The notes under the pieces: model-generated
What the model was told of the DNA's origin: nothing
Database searches by the model: none
Seen by the model: only the letters and a program-made list of their open reading frames with translations
Position numbers and translations under genes: made by a program
IMG/VR virus record: IMGVR_UViG_3300048855_000094
Location: 1 to 56,577 of that record
Source of the DNA: a virus
Taxonomy: Duplodnaviria; Caudoviricetes
DNA length: 56,577 nt
Reading direction: 5' to 3' (one strand)
Part shown: in pieces, positions 45,601 through 54,600 of the stretch
Position numbering within the stretch: the stretch's first letter is position 1
Layout of the letters: every line of letters begins with the position of its first letter

Positions 45601-46216
45601 ATCCGTCACTCAGTTGACAGCGACCGTCGGTGATAACTCGGCGCAAGTGACCAACTTGCAGCAAGTTGTCACTGATCACCAGTCGGCAACCGCGACCGCG
45701 ATTCAGCAACTCAATGCATCGGTGGGCAACATTTCCTCGACCGTTGAGCAAACGAGTGAGGCTGTCGCAACGCTGGACGGCAAGGTCTCGGCTTCCTACT
45801 CCGTGAAGTTGCAAGTCAACGCCAACGGGCAATATGTGATGGCCGGTATCGGCATCGGGATCGAGAACACCGAAGCGGGACTGCAAAGCCAGATCCTGAT
45901 GTCAGCGGATCGGTTTGCTCTGGTCAACAGTCTGGCGGGTGGCGGGATCTCAACGCCGTTCGTTGCTCAGGGAGGGCAGTTGTTTCTCGGCCCGACGTTC
46001 ATTCAGGACGGCACGATCACCAACGCCAAGATCGGCAGCTTCATCAGCTCGACCAACTACATCGCGGGACAGCAGGGCTGGATTCTCAACAAAGACGGGA
46101 CGCTGGAAATCAACGGCATCGTGCCGGGACAAGGGCGGCTGGTAATCAATGCGCAAAACGTGTCGGTCTACGACGTCAATAACATACTGCGTGTACGTCT
46201 CGGATATCTGGGGTAG
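42653..46216 (+). CDS. Central tail fibre / host-specificity protein J-like
   Basis: GEGE, WTNNPAW, EPRF, GCT...EAQR.GKW, FnIII-like segments, coiled coil and IQDGTITNAKIG. Confidence 0.93.
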   Translation: MGAAARIDITGAKGGSSSPKAPIEAADSLRSTNLAKLLIAVGEGEFDGVPTAANIYLDNTPINDASGNVNFPNVKWEWRSGAVDQSYIPGIPSVENETTINVELRSDTAWVRSLNNTQLSAVRLRFAWPALQRQDDSGNVGGYRIEYAVDVSTDGGAYHQVLDEAVDGKTTTRYERSRRVDLPAATSGWQIRVRRMTANQNTNKIADTMLIAGYTEVIDAKLRYPNTALLYLEFDAEQFTNIPAVTVDCNARKWQVPSNYDPVARTYAGVWDGSFKSAWTNNPAWITYGICVQDRFGLGRRIKPWMVDKWELFRIAQYCDQLVPDGGGGQEPRFLCDINLQGKAEAWTLLRDISAIYRGMTYWAEGQIVMQADMPRAQDFDYVFTRANVIDGKFSYGSASSQTRYTRAIVSFDNPANNYDTDVTAYSDPALQRRFGDKPVEISAIGCTRASEAQRRGKWVVMSNNQDRTVTFKTGMEGEIPLPGYIIPIADSLLAGREVGGRISAAAGRIVTLDRDTQAKPGDRLIINLPSGKAEGRTVNSVAGRAITVTTAYSEIPSPQLQWALDADDLAIPLYRVLSRKRTAEGDYEIAALQFEPSKFAFIDTGARLEERPITVIPITVVPAPASVALASNTAIAQGLAVTTMTVTWPAVAGAVGYDIEWRKDSGNWIKVQRTGSTSVDIVGIYAGSYLARVRAISAYDISSIWRTSVLTQLNGKEGLPPAVTSLTAAPLIFGIQLSWAFPPGAEDTQRTEIWYGPTTDLAAATKLTDLAYPQSAYSMQGLLGGVTFFFSARLVDRTGNIGPWYPAGLGVMGQSSSEAGPILDMIAGQIGESELGQDLQDQIDKIEDLQGQIDALDGLKAYDPDRTYEKGEMVVDGGRIYQASDAVPLETPPPDPMHWMDVGGSIETANGLAQQVASNTTEITELDGVVTAQASSLQALRAAARDDDAEGDLTDALGGWISTASIVTESKVAASANAAMAKSVTQLTATVGDNSAQVTNLQQVVTDHQSATATAIQQLNASVGNISSTVEQTSEAVATLDGKVSASYSVKLQVNANGQYVMAGIGIGIENTEAGLQSQILMSADRFALVNSLAGGGISTPFVAQGGQLFLGPTFIQDGTITNAKIGSFISSTNYIAGQQGWILNKDGTLEINGIVPGQGRLVINAQNVSVYDVNNILRVRLGYLG

Positions 46217-46219
46217 CCA

Positions 46220-46540
46220 ATGCCGTATGGGATGCGCATTTGGGGCCCAGACGGGTCCCTGCAATTAGACGAAAACTCTTTCACCTTGCGGGTCGTGCTT
46301 TCCCAAGTGGTGACCTTCAGCGGGACGCGGCAGGTCCAGACTTTTTCGGTACCGGGCTGCGGCCAGGACAACGCCAGTGCCGTCGTCATACCGATCGGGA
46401 ACTATGGCGAGTACGACCGTCAGTTCGAAGTCGCCATGGGGAGCGATGTCGTAGAGGTCGCGAACTGGATGCGGAACTGGAGCCCCGGGACTTTTACCGC
46501 ATCCGGTTCCATGCGTCTGTTGGTCATGAGGTTTCGATGA
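46220..46540 (+). CDS. Tail tip accessory protein
   Basis: YGMRIW..DG motif; follows J. Confidence 0.7.
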   Translation: MPYGMRIWGPDGSLQLDENSFTLRVVLSQVVTFSGTRQVQTFSVPGCGQDNASAVVIPIGNYGEYDRQFEVAMGSDVVEVANWMRNWSPGTFTASGSMRLLVMRFR

Positions 46541-47217
46541 GTTTCGGACTGAGCTTTAGCAACAACCAGAACACGGTGGTTCTCGATTCAGAATTTTCCA
46601 GGCTGTGCATCATTTCAAGCGGCCGCTACACGCCCACGCAAGAATCGGGGCTGGGATCGGTGACGGTTTTTCCACGAGCAGTTACATCGCAGGAGCCCCC
46701 GCTGGTGTTCATCCGGCCGGACACTTCGGGCGTTATGGGGGCGGCTGGGAAGATGTTTCTGACGGGATCGCCGGGCAACTGGACGGGGTTCTATGTTCGG
46801 GCATTCAGCACAAAAACTGCGGCTCCAAGTGGCCGGTACTTCGTGGCGGCCTTCGCGGCGCAACCCGTCGCGACTTATGGCATGAGGCTGTGGGACGGAC
46901 AGGGCAAGCTGCTGTACGACACCGGAACGCCTACTGCGCTGTTTACCCGTTCGTTTGCCAACTGGACGTATATCAAGTCAGAGCAGACGGCGACGAATTC
47001 CTACCGTAACTATTACCGGGTGGACTTCAACTTTCCGGAGAATGAATACCTGATGATCAACTCATTCGGCATGGGCTTGCTTGCCGGAAGCATCGTCGGG
47101 AGAACCCTGTTTTCACTGTGGGACTTCGCCGGCGGCAACATGTGGGCGATCACGGAAGCTTTCGTTAATCCCCTCGATTTTCACCTCCCAGCGGTATTCG
47201 CAAAGATGGCGGCGTAG
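46537..47217 (+). CDS. Tail tip accessory protein
   Basis: MSFGL.F.N, PPLVF.RP and YGMRLWD..G; ATGA coupling. Confidence 0.7.
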   Translation: MSFGLSFSNNQNTVVLDSEFSRLCIISSGRYTPTQESGLGSVTVFPRAVTSQEPPLVFIRPDTSGVMGAAGKMFLTGSPGNWTGFYVRAFSTKTAAPSGRYFVAAFAAQPVATYGMRLWDGQGKLLYDTGTPTALFTRSFANWTYIKSEQTATNSYRNYYRVDFNFPENEYLMINSFGMGLLAGSIVGRTLFSLWDFAGGNMWAITEAFVNPLDFHLPAVFAKMAA

Positions 47218-47250
47218 CCCGCCAGTCACCCATTTCAGAAGGATTGTCAT

Positions 47251-48231
47251 ATGCCCTGGTACAAGGCCGGGACGGTTTCGGTCGTCCAAAATTCGAACGC
47301 CGTCACGGGAACTGGAACCGCGTTCATTGCCAACAGTCGGGTCGGGGATGCGTTCCTCGGACCGGATGGTGGCTGGTATGAGGTGACCAACATTGCCAGC
47401 GATACCACGATGGCGATTTCACCGAATTACCTCGGCGCATCAACCATCGACGGTACGTACGCGATCGCGCCGATACAGGGTTACGTCAAGGATTCGGCTG
47501 ACGCGTTGCGGGCGCTGGTAGTCCAATTCGGCAGCACGCTTGCTGTGCTTGGGGTCTCCGGAACCCTCAGAGACGTACGCGCGGCTCTCGGACTTTCTGA
47601 TACCGACGGTCTGCCTGAGGGCAGCGCTAACAAGTACGTCACCGACGAGAGGGTTCTTGCCTCATCGCTGAAGGGCCTGCCCAAGGACGATGCCTCCGAC
47701 GTGGTCGCAGAGGATGTACTTCTGGCCGCAATCGGCAAGCTCCAGGCACAGCTCGTGGAGCGCGTCGCCGAGATAGACGAGCTGCAGGTGTCGGTAGCTG
47801 GCCGTGCGCTCAGCGGCAGCAATGCTGACATTACATCCTTGTCCGGGCTGACCACCGCGCTGTCGGTTGCTCAAGGGGGGACCGGCGCAAGCAGTCCGGC
47901 CGACGCCTGCTACCACATTGGTGCTGTGCAAAAAGGCGCTCAAAACGGTACTGCAGGCACCTACTTTGCCAGTGGCGCCCCGCCTTCAATAGCTCACATT
48001 TCGGCGAGCGGTAACGACCGCAACACACCTGCTCTGTTCAGCAACGGCGCAAACGAAGCCGCCTCGGCGGTCATTTCGTTCATCCGCGAGAACGCTTTTG
48101 GGGTGCATTTGGGACTTGATACCGACAATCAATTCAAGGTCGGCGGATGGTCGATGGGCCCGCATTCCCACCGGATTTATCACGAAGGCAATACCACCCG
48201 TGCCGCAGACGGCACGCTAAAGGCTATCTAA
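47251..48231 (+). CDS. Side tail fibre protein
   Basis: MPWY..GTV.V N-terminus, N.DITSLSGLTTALSVAQGGTG and GLDTDN..K.GGWS. Confidence 0.82.
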   Translation: MPWYKAGTVSVVQNSNAVTGTGTAFIANSRVGDAFLGPDGGWYEVTNIASDTTMAISPNYLGASTIDGTYAIAPIQGYVKDSADALRALVVQFGSTLAVLGVSGTLRDVRAALGLSDTDGLPEGSANKYVTDERVLASSLKGLPKDDASDVVAEDVLLAAIGKLQAQLVERVAEIDELQVSVAGRALSGSNADITSLSGLTTALSVAQGGTGASSPADACYHIGAVQKGAQNGTAGTYFASGAPPSIAHISASGNDRNTPALFSNGANEAASAVISFIRENAFGVHLGLDTDNQFKVGGWSMGPHSHRIYHEGNTTRAADGTLKAI

Positions 48232-48233
48232 TC

Positions 48234-48611
48234 ATGACCTCACGCGCAGCAATCAACATCATCGGCGCTACGGGCGCCACCTATGACCTTGTGTCCCTGG
48301 GCTCGTCCGACGTGACGTCCTCGCGGGTCAGCAAAGGCGTCTACCAGATAAGAGGTACTTTGGGGCTGGTGCCGTATCCGCCAATCGACAGTGGCTGGGG
48401 TTACACCCTGAATCAGATGGACCTGGCCACTGACGTGGAGATTGAGTTTGAGGATGGCGTGCTTACCGTGACGGCGAGCAAGGACGGTATGCCCTACGAC
48501 ATCACACACATGATCACACTCCACATTTTGGTGCCCGACGGCATCCTCAGAGATGTAGGTAGCGCGCCGCCTGAAATCGGTGACTTGACCGACATGGGGG
48601 GCGAGCCGTGA
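48234..48611 (+). CDS. Tail fibre-associated protein
   Basis: Follows the fibre gene; G.Y.I.GTLG and PYDI motifs. Confidence 0.65.
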   Translation: MTSRAAINIIGATGATYDLVSLGSSDVTSSRVSKGVYQIRGTLGLVPYPPIDSGWGYTLNQMDLATDVEIEFEDGVLTVTASKDGMPYDITHMITLHILVPDGILRDVGSAPPEIGDLTDMGGEP

Positions 48612-49039
48612 ATCTCTGGGCAACAGACAAGGATCGAGCAATCCTGGCCCTCACGCTGTGGGGTGAAGCCCGGGGGGAGGAGCTGGCCGGGATGGTGGCC
48701 GTGGCATGGACGATCCGCAATCGAGTGGAGGACGGCAAGGATCGATCGTGGTGGGGTGAGGGCTATGCCGGCGTTTGCCAACGGCCGTATCAGTTCAGCT
48801 GCTGGAACGCGAACGATCTCAATTACCCGTATCTCAGCGGCGCCAAGGAGATTCCGTCCGCCGAGTTCGACAAATGTCAGCTCGCTGCGCAGCTGGTCAT
48901 CGAGGCTATAACGCCTGACCCTACTGGTGGCGCAACCCACTACTACTCGACGTCGATGACCAAGCCCCCGAAGTGGGTATCGGGCGCGACGCAAACGTTG
49001 CGGCTGGGCCACCACATCTTCTTCAAGGACGTGCCGTGA
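48608..49039 (+). CDS. Endolysin, SleB/Hydrolase_2-type cell wall hydrolase
   Basis: TLWGEARGE, AVA..I.NR, QFSCWN, D.T.GATHY and G.HIF. Confidence 0.9.
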   Translation: MNLWATDKDRAILALTLWGEARGEELAGMVAVAWTIRNRVEDGKDRSWWGEGYAGVCQRPYQFSCWNANDLNYPYLSGAKEIPSAEFDKCQLAAQLVIEAITPDPTGGATHYYSTSMTKPPKWVSGATQTLRLGHHIFFKDVP

Positions 49040-49551
49040 CTGAGGCTCAGTTAAAACTGATCGGCGCCGCTGTGATTGCGGTAGGCCTGTTCGCGGCCGG
49101 TGCTACCGGCGCCTGGATATGGCAGGCCAATGCATACGGCAAGGTTATCGCCACGAACGAAGCCAGCCGTCAGGCGGATCTAGCGTCTATCGCCAACGCT
49201 GGAGCAGAACAAGCTCGCAGGGCGCTCGCCAAACAGCGGAACGCCGAGCAGCGCCTTGCCGCTTTAGATCGGAACGCAACCGAAGAGAAGGTGAAAGCCA
49301 ATGCTGAAAACGAAACTCTGCGCCGCGCTGTTGCTAATGGCGCTCGCCGGCTGCGCATCGCGGGAAGTTGTAGTGCCGGTGGCGGGAACTTGCCCGAGGC
49401 CACCAGCGCCTCCGGCGTGGGTGATGCAGGGACCGTCGAACTCGCTGCAGCAACTGGACGATCTGTTTTCGATATCCGCGCCGGGATCATTGCCGATCAA
49501 GCAGCCTTGAGAGCTGCTCAGTCGTACATCAGGGACGTGTGCCTTCAATAA
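49036..49551 (+). CDS. i-spanin (Rz-like)
   Basis: N-terminal TM, coiled coil, G.RRLR and C-terminal Q.YIR.VC. Confidence 0.88.
   Translation: MTEAQLKLIGAAVIAVGLFAAGATGAWIWQANAYGKVIATNEASRQADLASIANAGAEQARRALAKQRNAEQRLAALDRNATEEKVKANAENETLRRAVANGARRLRIAGSCSAGGGNLPEATSASGVGDAGTVELAAATGRSVFDIRAGIIADQAALRAAQSYIRDVCLQ
49301..49510 (+). CDS. o-spanin (Rz1-like) embedded in Rz
   Basis: Lipobox LAGC, Pro-rich CPRPPAPPAW; alternative frame inside Rz. Confidence 0.85.
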   Translation: MLKTKLCAALLLMALAGCASREVVVPVAGTCPRPPAPPAWVMQGPSNSLQQLDDLFSISAPGSLPIKQP

Positions 49552-49694
49552 CATCCGGGCTGATTTGGAGGTGTGCCATTGCAGGGAATGGTTCCTGCTC
49601 TGTGTATGCCCCGATAATCGCCCTGGCTAAAGTGGTTACATCCGGAAAGCGCAGCAACCGCAACGACCAGTAAAGCTAGGAACCTTAGATTCAT
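49545..49694 (-). CDS. 49-aa lipoprotein
   Basis: Lipobox LSGC, GGAG RBS, two further Cys. Confidence 0.72.
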   Translation of the reverse strand: MNLRFLALLVVAVAALSGCNHFSQGDYRGIHRAGTIPCNGTPPNQPGCY

Positions 49695-49795
49695 CGTGTT
49701 CTCCCTGAAAGTTTGGGCTGGATGATAAATGAAATAGGCGCCAGTGAGCATCGTTCGGCAAGCCCCATGGATCCGCTCTCCGGGACTGATTCCGA

Positions 49796-50499
49796 TCATT
49801 TGATCGATTCTTCCAAGGGTTCAATCAACTGCGACCCCTGATTCCTCACGTTTCCGACATCCTTGGTAACCTCGAACCCGGTGAATTCCTCAGTCGGCCT
49901 GCAGCACTCCTTCGCGATCTCGGCAGCGCGCTCTGGCGTTGTTTCGGGATCCACCCATTCCCGGGCGTGTTCTGGGCTCAGCACCACCGGCCGGCGAGCG
50001 TGAATATTGACCATGCCTTGATCGCTGTCGGCGGTGATGATCACGAAACCGTCCTGCGGTTCCGGCTCCAGCCCCTGATGCACTTCCGCCAGCGCGGCGA
50101 AGAACATCGGGCCTTCCTCTTTCAGCCTGATGAAGTAGGTTTCTTCTTCGGATCGTTGGGATCTTTCACCCATTCAAACCAGCCGTTGGCCGGAGCCAGG
50201 GCCCGCCCCTTCGGCCATAGCTGTTTGAAGTACTTCCCAGTCATCACCGTCTCGACTCTGGCATTTATCGGAGCGGGGCGCTTCCCTTCACCCTTCGCCC
50301 AAAACGGCGACCATCCCCACCGCACCTTGTCTACGCTCAGCCCTCCCTCCGTTGGTCTGATGATCTCCACGCGAGTCGTCGGCGCGACGTTATAGCGCTC
50401 GATCGGCCAAAGGTCGTACCCATTTATAACCAGCTACTCTGGCGCAAGCTCCTTGAGGTAGTGGTCCATTGGCTCGTAGATCGAGTAGCGTCCGCACAT
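49796..50499 (-). pseudogene. SRAP (YedK/HMCES-like) pseudogene
   Basis: MCGRY start, RYNVAP, INAR.ET and H.R.PVVL; in-frame TAG at 50434-50436 and a frameshift near 50140. Confidence 0.88.
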
Positions 50500-50559
50500 A
50501 GGGTCACCTGTCGCAAATTGGCTTATACAGTGTTGACCGCGGCCGCACCGCTTAGTTAA

Positions 50560-50575
50560 CTGTACGTATATACAG
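50560..50575. promoter_or_regulatory. LexA (SOS) box
   Basis: CTGTACGTATATACAG fits CTG-N10-CAG; lies between divergent SRAP and UmuD-like units. Confidence 0.85.
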
Positions 50576-50597
50576 TATCAACAAGCGAAGCATTCCC

Positions 50598-50894
50598 ATG
50601 TACGTCCTTATCACCCCACGGCGCCAGATGGGCGTTGCCGTCCCGAAAGATCAGCTCAGCAAGATCCCTCCGCTTAGAGGCGACGTGCAGATCGTCGAGT
50701 CACAGTGCCCTGCGCTTGGCCGCATTACCCGGGAAGCCTTCATCTTGAACAGCGTCAGCCACGCGCGGGATGCTTTGCCCCGGCTGCTGGATGCAAGCGT
50801 GACGAGCATGGGTACCCAGGGACTTATTATCTCGGGCATCGAGCAGGTGGAGGAGGCGTTCTTCTTCCAGTCGTGGTGGTGCCGCTTTGAATGA
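50598..50894 (+). CDS. Hypothetical protein, probably SOS-regulated
   Basis: 98 aa ending QSWWCR; directly downstream of the LexA box. Confidence 0.7.
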   Translation: MYVLITPRRQMGVAVPKDQLSKIPPLRGDVQIVESQCPALGRITREAFILNSVSHARDALPRLLDASVTSMGTQGLIISGIEQVEEAFFFQSWWCRFE

Positions 50895-51243
50895 CGACAT
50901 TGCTCCTGACCAGATCGATATCTCCCTGGACAAGTTCCTGAATATCCGCGCGCCCGGCACTTACCTTGTGAAGGTTGAAGGCGACAGCATGGAGGGGGCG
51001 GGCATCTTCTGCGGTGACCTGCTTATCGTGGACAAGGGGCTCGAAGCCACCGCCGGACAGGTCATCATCGGCGTGGTGAACCAGCAACCGCTGGTCAAGT
51101 ACCTTGCCTTTGTGGGCAGCCACCCAGTGTTGCGTTCGGCCACCCGCAAGTATCCCGACCGCTCATCATGGAAGGGGACGAGTTCGGTATCTGGGGCGTG
51201 GTTACGCACAGCGTCCGGAATCACTCGAACAACTGAGCAATAA
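50887..51243 (+). pseudogene. UmuD-like S24 peptidase, frameshifted
   Basis: VEGDSMEGAGI..GDLLIVD and VK; the expected ending IMEGDEFGIWGVVTHSVR lies in another frame after ~51163; no umuC follows. Confidence 0.75.
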
Positions 51244-51691
51244 TATCATTAAGCGCGTAATTGAATCCCGGCACGGGATCATAGATGTGGCGGAGCGAGG
51301 TCAGCGCTCGCTTGATCGCAGACCATGCGAGGCAGGGGTGTCGCGCTCGATAGGTCTCCTCAATGAGGGATTGGCACGGGAAATGCTCACGCGCGCCTAT
51401 CCTGCTTACATCCAGAGCGCGTAGTAGCCAGGTGATTTGGGCAGAGCACTGGGATAGGAACGAGCCCCGCTGTTGCAGCACAGCCGGATCAAAGCTTGCG
51501 CACCACTTATTTGCACCGCCTGAAGGATTCGCGCAGGAGGAAATGGGGTTATGCGAACAATGAATCCCGGGACTAATCGCCGTCGTTTACTGGCTTTTAC
51601 ACATTCCGAATTATGTCGCAATTTACGGCTGTAGCTCGCCAAACTGGCACTCCAAGGCGATTGGGAGGCCTGGAGTAATGAGCAACCGTAC

Positions 51692-54600
51692 TCATGCGTT
51701 TATGTATCTAAGTTCTGGCAATGGATCAGTACTGGCTTCCTTCAACCAAAGCCCGCACGCATCCTCGGCTAGAAACAGAGTGGTGACGCTCAGCGCCTGC
51801 GAAAGTTTGACGCAGCCGAGCCGCAGCACGGGAATGCTGTCATCCGGGATGCCGGTGCCATCCGGGCGGTTCTCGTAGCTGAGCTCAGACAACATAATCT
51901 TCAGGCCAACGTTTAGCAGCGAGTAGCAGCTAGAAGTGATCCACCCCGGGTGTTGTTTCGATATCTCAGTCAATGTACCTAGCGCCCATGGCAACACCGG
52001 AATCCGGCGGGCTGAAACTACACCTGCCAAGGAGTAGATGAGACCACTGGGAGCGTCATGCTTTTTAGATCCTGGATGCTTTGTCCAGTAGGAGATCACT
52101 CCCGCGATGTAATTGGCGCCAGCGATGTCAGAGTCAAACAGACGCAGAAGAATTTTACCCTCGAGCTCGGCCAGAGCGGCTCTATCGTCTGCGTCAAAAG
52201 CGCAAGCAATATCGGTGCGCAGCATGCTCGAACCAGCTAGAGCTAAGCCGGCCCGAATTTCCTCCACCCATTCCGCCAATGCCGGGTACTTCAACAAGGC
52301 ACTCATTGAGTGTCTGTGTATGAAAGCCGCAATGATCGAATCGATCATATTCATCCGTTCAAAAAACATTTTTTTTAGGTCGTCGAGCCTAGCCAACTCA
52401 TGCTGAATAAAAGCCCACTCTCCATCCCACCAGCGCTTGATTATGAGAAGAGCAGCAACCATCTCGTCTTCCGCCCATTTAGAGCAGTCAACCGCGTAGC
52501 AGAGATTCGTCAAGAAAACGTCCGCATTTCGCAGCGCCCATGATCGGATCTGTGCTCCGTCTGCATTTGGACGTGTCGAGGAAAAATCCTCCAGATGCTG
52601 TTCCAGAATCCAACGCCTGAAACGCTTCTCCACAGATTTTTTTCGAGCTTTGCTCACCCAAGACAGTGTCGCCCAACTGTGATGACCTGGGATCGTCGGC
52701 CAGTCTTTGTCAGATAGAAGTAGACTTTCCAGGGCTAACATCTGGCTTTTGGATATGCCAGCCCAGTCTTTGATCCAAAATAAGCGAGCCCAAATACTCG
52801 CAGTGGAAGGTTCGGGGTCCATTGAACCTCCTTTTTTTGCGGCCGAATACGCCACCAGACAATCAATCAGTGTGTCGACGATTACCTCAATCTCGCTGTT
52901 GGGTTCAGCGATAATCAAATCTTCCTCTCGCCGGTGTAGCAAACTCAGATCTAGCCAATCGGCTTCGTGAAACTGACCGCGAACCTTCAGTTCCGGACGA
53001 TTCGGGATTGAGGAAATTAAGCCTACGGCTTCTAACCGTTCTAACGGTGACATTGCCTCGAAGCAGCGAGCGGTCAAATTTTTAGCATCCTTCCAGAGGT
53101 CGGGATGTAAAACGATCTGTTTCGCGTCATAGAGCCGAACTATCCTTTTAAGCTGGTCCCTAGCAAATCCAGTGGCGCTAATACGAATGATAAGTCTCGA
53201 CAGCACCTGCAGATGGAAACCTATAGTCCGCTCCATCAAATCGGACTGAAACTCTTGAGGAAACATGCGCTCGACGAAATCCATAGAACGTTCGAAAAGC
53301 TCTCGAGCAAGCAGTTCTGGGGTTTTGGCTACCTGGTAGCGGGATAGCCAGCCTGCTGAATGGATGAACTGTGTGGGGTTACGCGGCTCAAGCATTTTGC
53401 TATTCAACAGTCTCATAACAACGCTAAGAACCCTTTGCATCGAATCCGCATGTTGCACCCACCAAGCTGCTTGGCCGAATGAGCCTATATCAAAGGTCGC
53501 ATTCCCTACCCGGGGCACCAGAGACACTCTGTCGGTCAAAGATAGCCATTCAAAGGCGGCACGAATCTTCTTACCATATGAGTGACTGCCGCCAAGGTGT
53601 CGAGTCGTCGAATAGCGGCCTAGTTCAAACAATGGTGTGTAAGTGACAGGTTGGGAGGGCGCAGGGGTTTCTGCATTCAAGTCAGCAGTAAGCTGTAGCA
53701 CCTCTTTTCTCACGTCATGGCCTGCCGCTGCCAGGTCGATTAACCTCTGCGTAACTTCTTCCGGAAGGAATTCTAACGACTCCGGTGGCGCCTGCTGATC
53801 GAGAGTGACGTCGAGTGAATCCTGGAGATAACCTATCGCCAGGCAAGCCCAGGCCTCTTGCGACAGGTATAGGGTTGAATTGGAACGTGATCTTTGATTC
53901 TTTCGGAGGTGTTTCAATCCAACCAAGGCAATCTTCAAACCTGATGCTACATCTCCTAGTTCCCCAAGCAACATACCTTTTCTTATCAGCATGTAGCTAT
54001 CTGGCGATCGGATATCCCAAGTTTTAAGCGACCGTTGTGCAAAATCCCGATCACCAGAGTAGAGCTTAAGCAAAATTCCCTCATACATAATTTTATCGGC
54101 CACCCGCAGGTCGGTTGGGAAGTATCGCAGCAGCGAGTCGCTTATCGCGGTGAACTCAGTCTGGCGCAAGGCCTCCCTTGCCCAACGCAGGACGGCCAGT
54201 CCGAGTTCTCTCCAGCGCTGTTGAAAGCCCTGTGGAGTATGGGCCTCGAACTTTTTCAAATCTGATTTTGCGGCAGCGTTGACACCGGTGGACTGCGGGG
54301 CTGTGAGCTCGAGTAGCTGAACCGCAAGCGTTGCAGACCCATCATCTAAAGATTGAAGCAGTACTTCTTGGTGCCACGCATACTCTGCCAAAATCACAAT
54401 CCCTACATGAGGGGTTGTGCTCAGAAAGTGCTCTTTTACTTGAGCGGATCGTAACAGGTCATGAAGTTCCGTGACGTTAGAATAGAATCGCTTTCTGACG
54501 GCGTAGGGGGTTACAAACCAACCAGGATAGCTTTTTCTCGTCTCGCTCATACTGCTAAATGCAGCGACAGCCTGCTCATAGTGTTGTTCACTACCCTTTG

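Noticed and set aside
45002-45886. 294-aa minus-strand ORF
   Set aside because: Shadow of J
46220-48611. Tail-fibre diversification system (DGR or invertible cassette)
   Set aside because: No reverse transcriptase, invertase, template/variable repeat pair or flanking inverted repeats seen
22479-49551. Split lysis cassette as a novelty
   Set aside because: Holin before terminase with endolysin and spanins after the tail genes is a familiar layout in Pseudomonas temperate phages
51244-51690. umuC remnant or small genes after the UmuD-like gene
   Set aside because: No Y-family polymerase motifs; the short ORFs lack RBS and coding character
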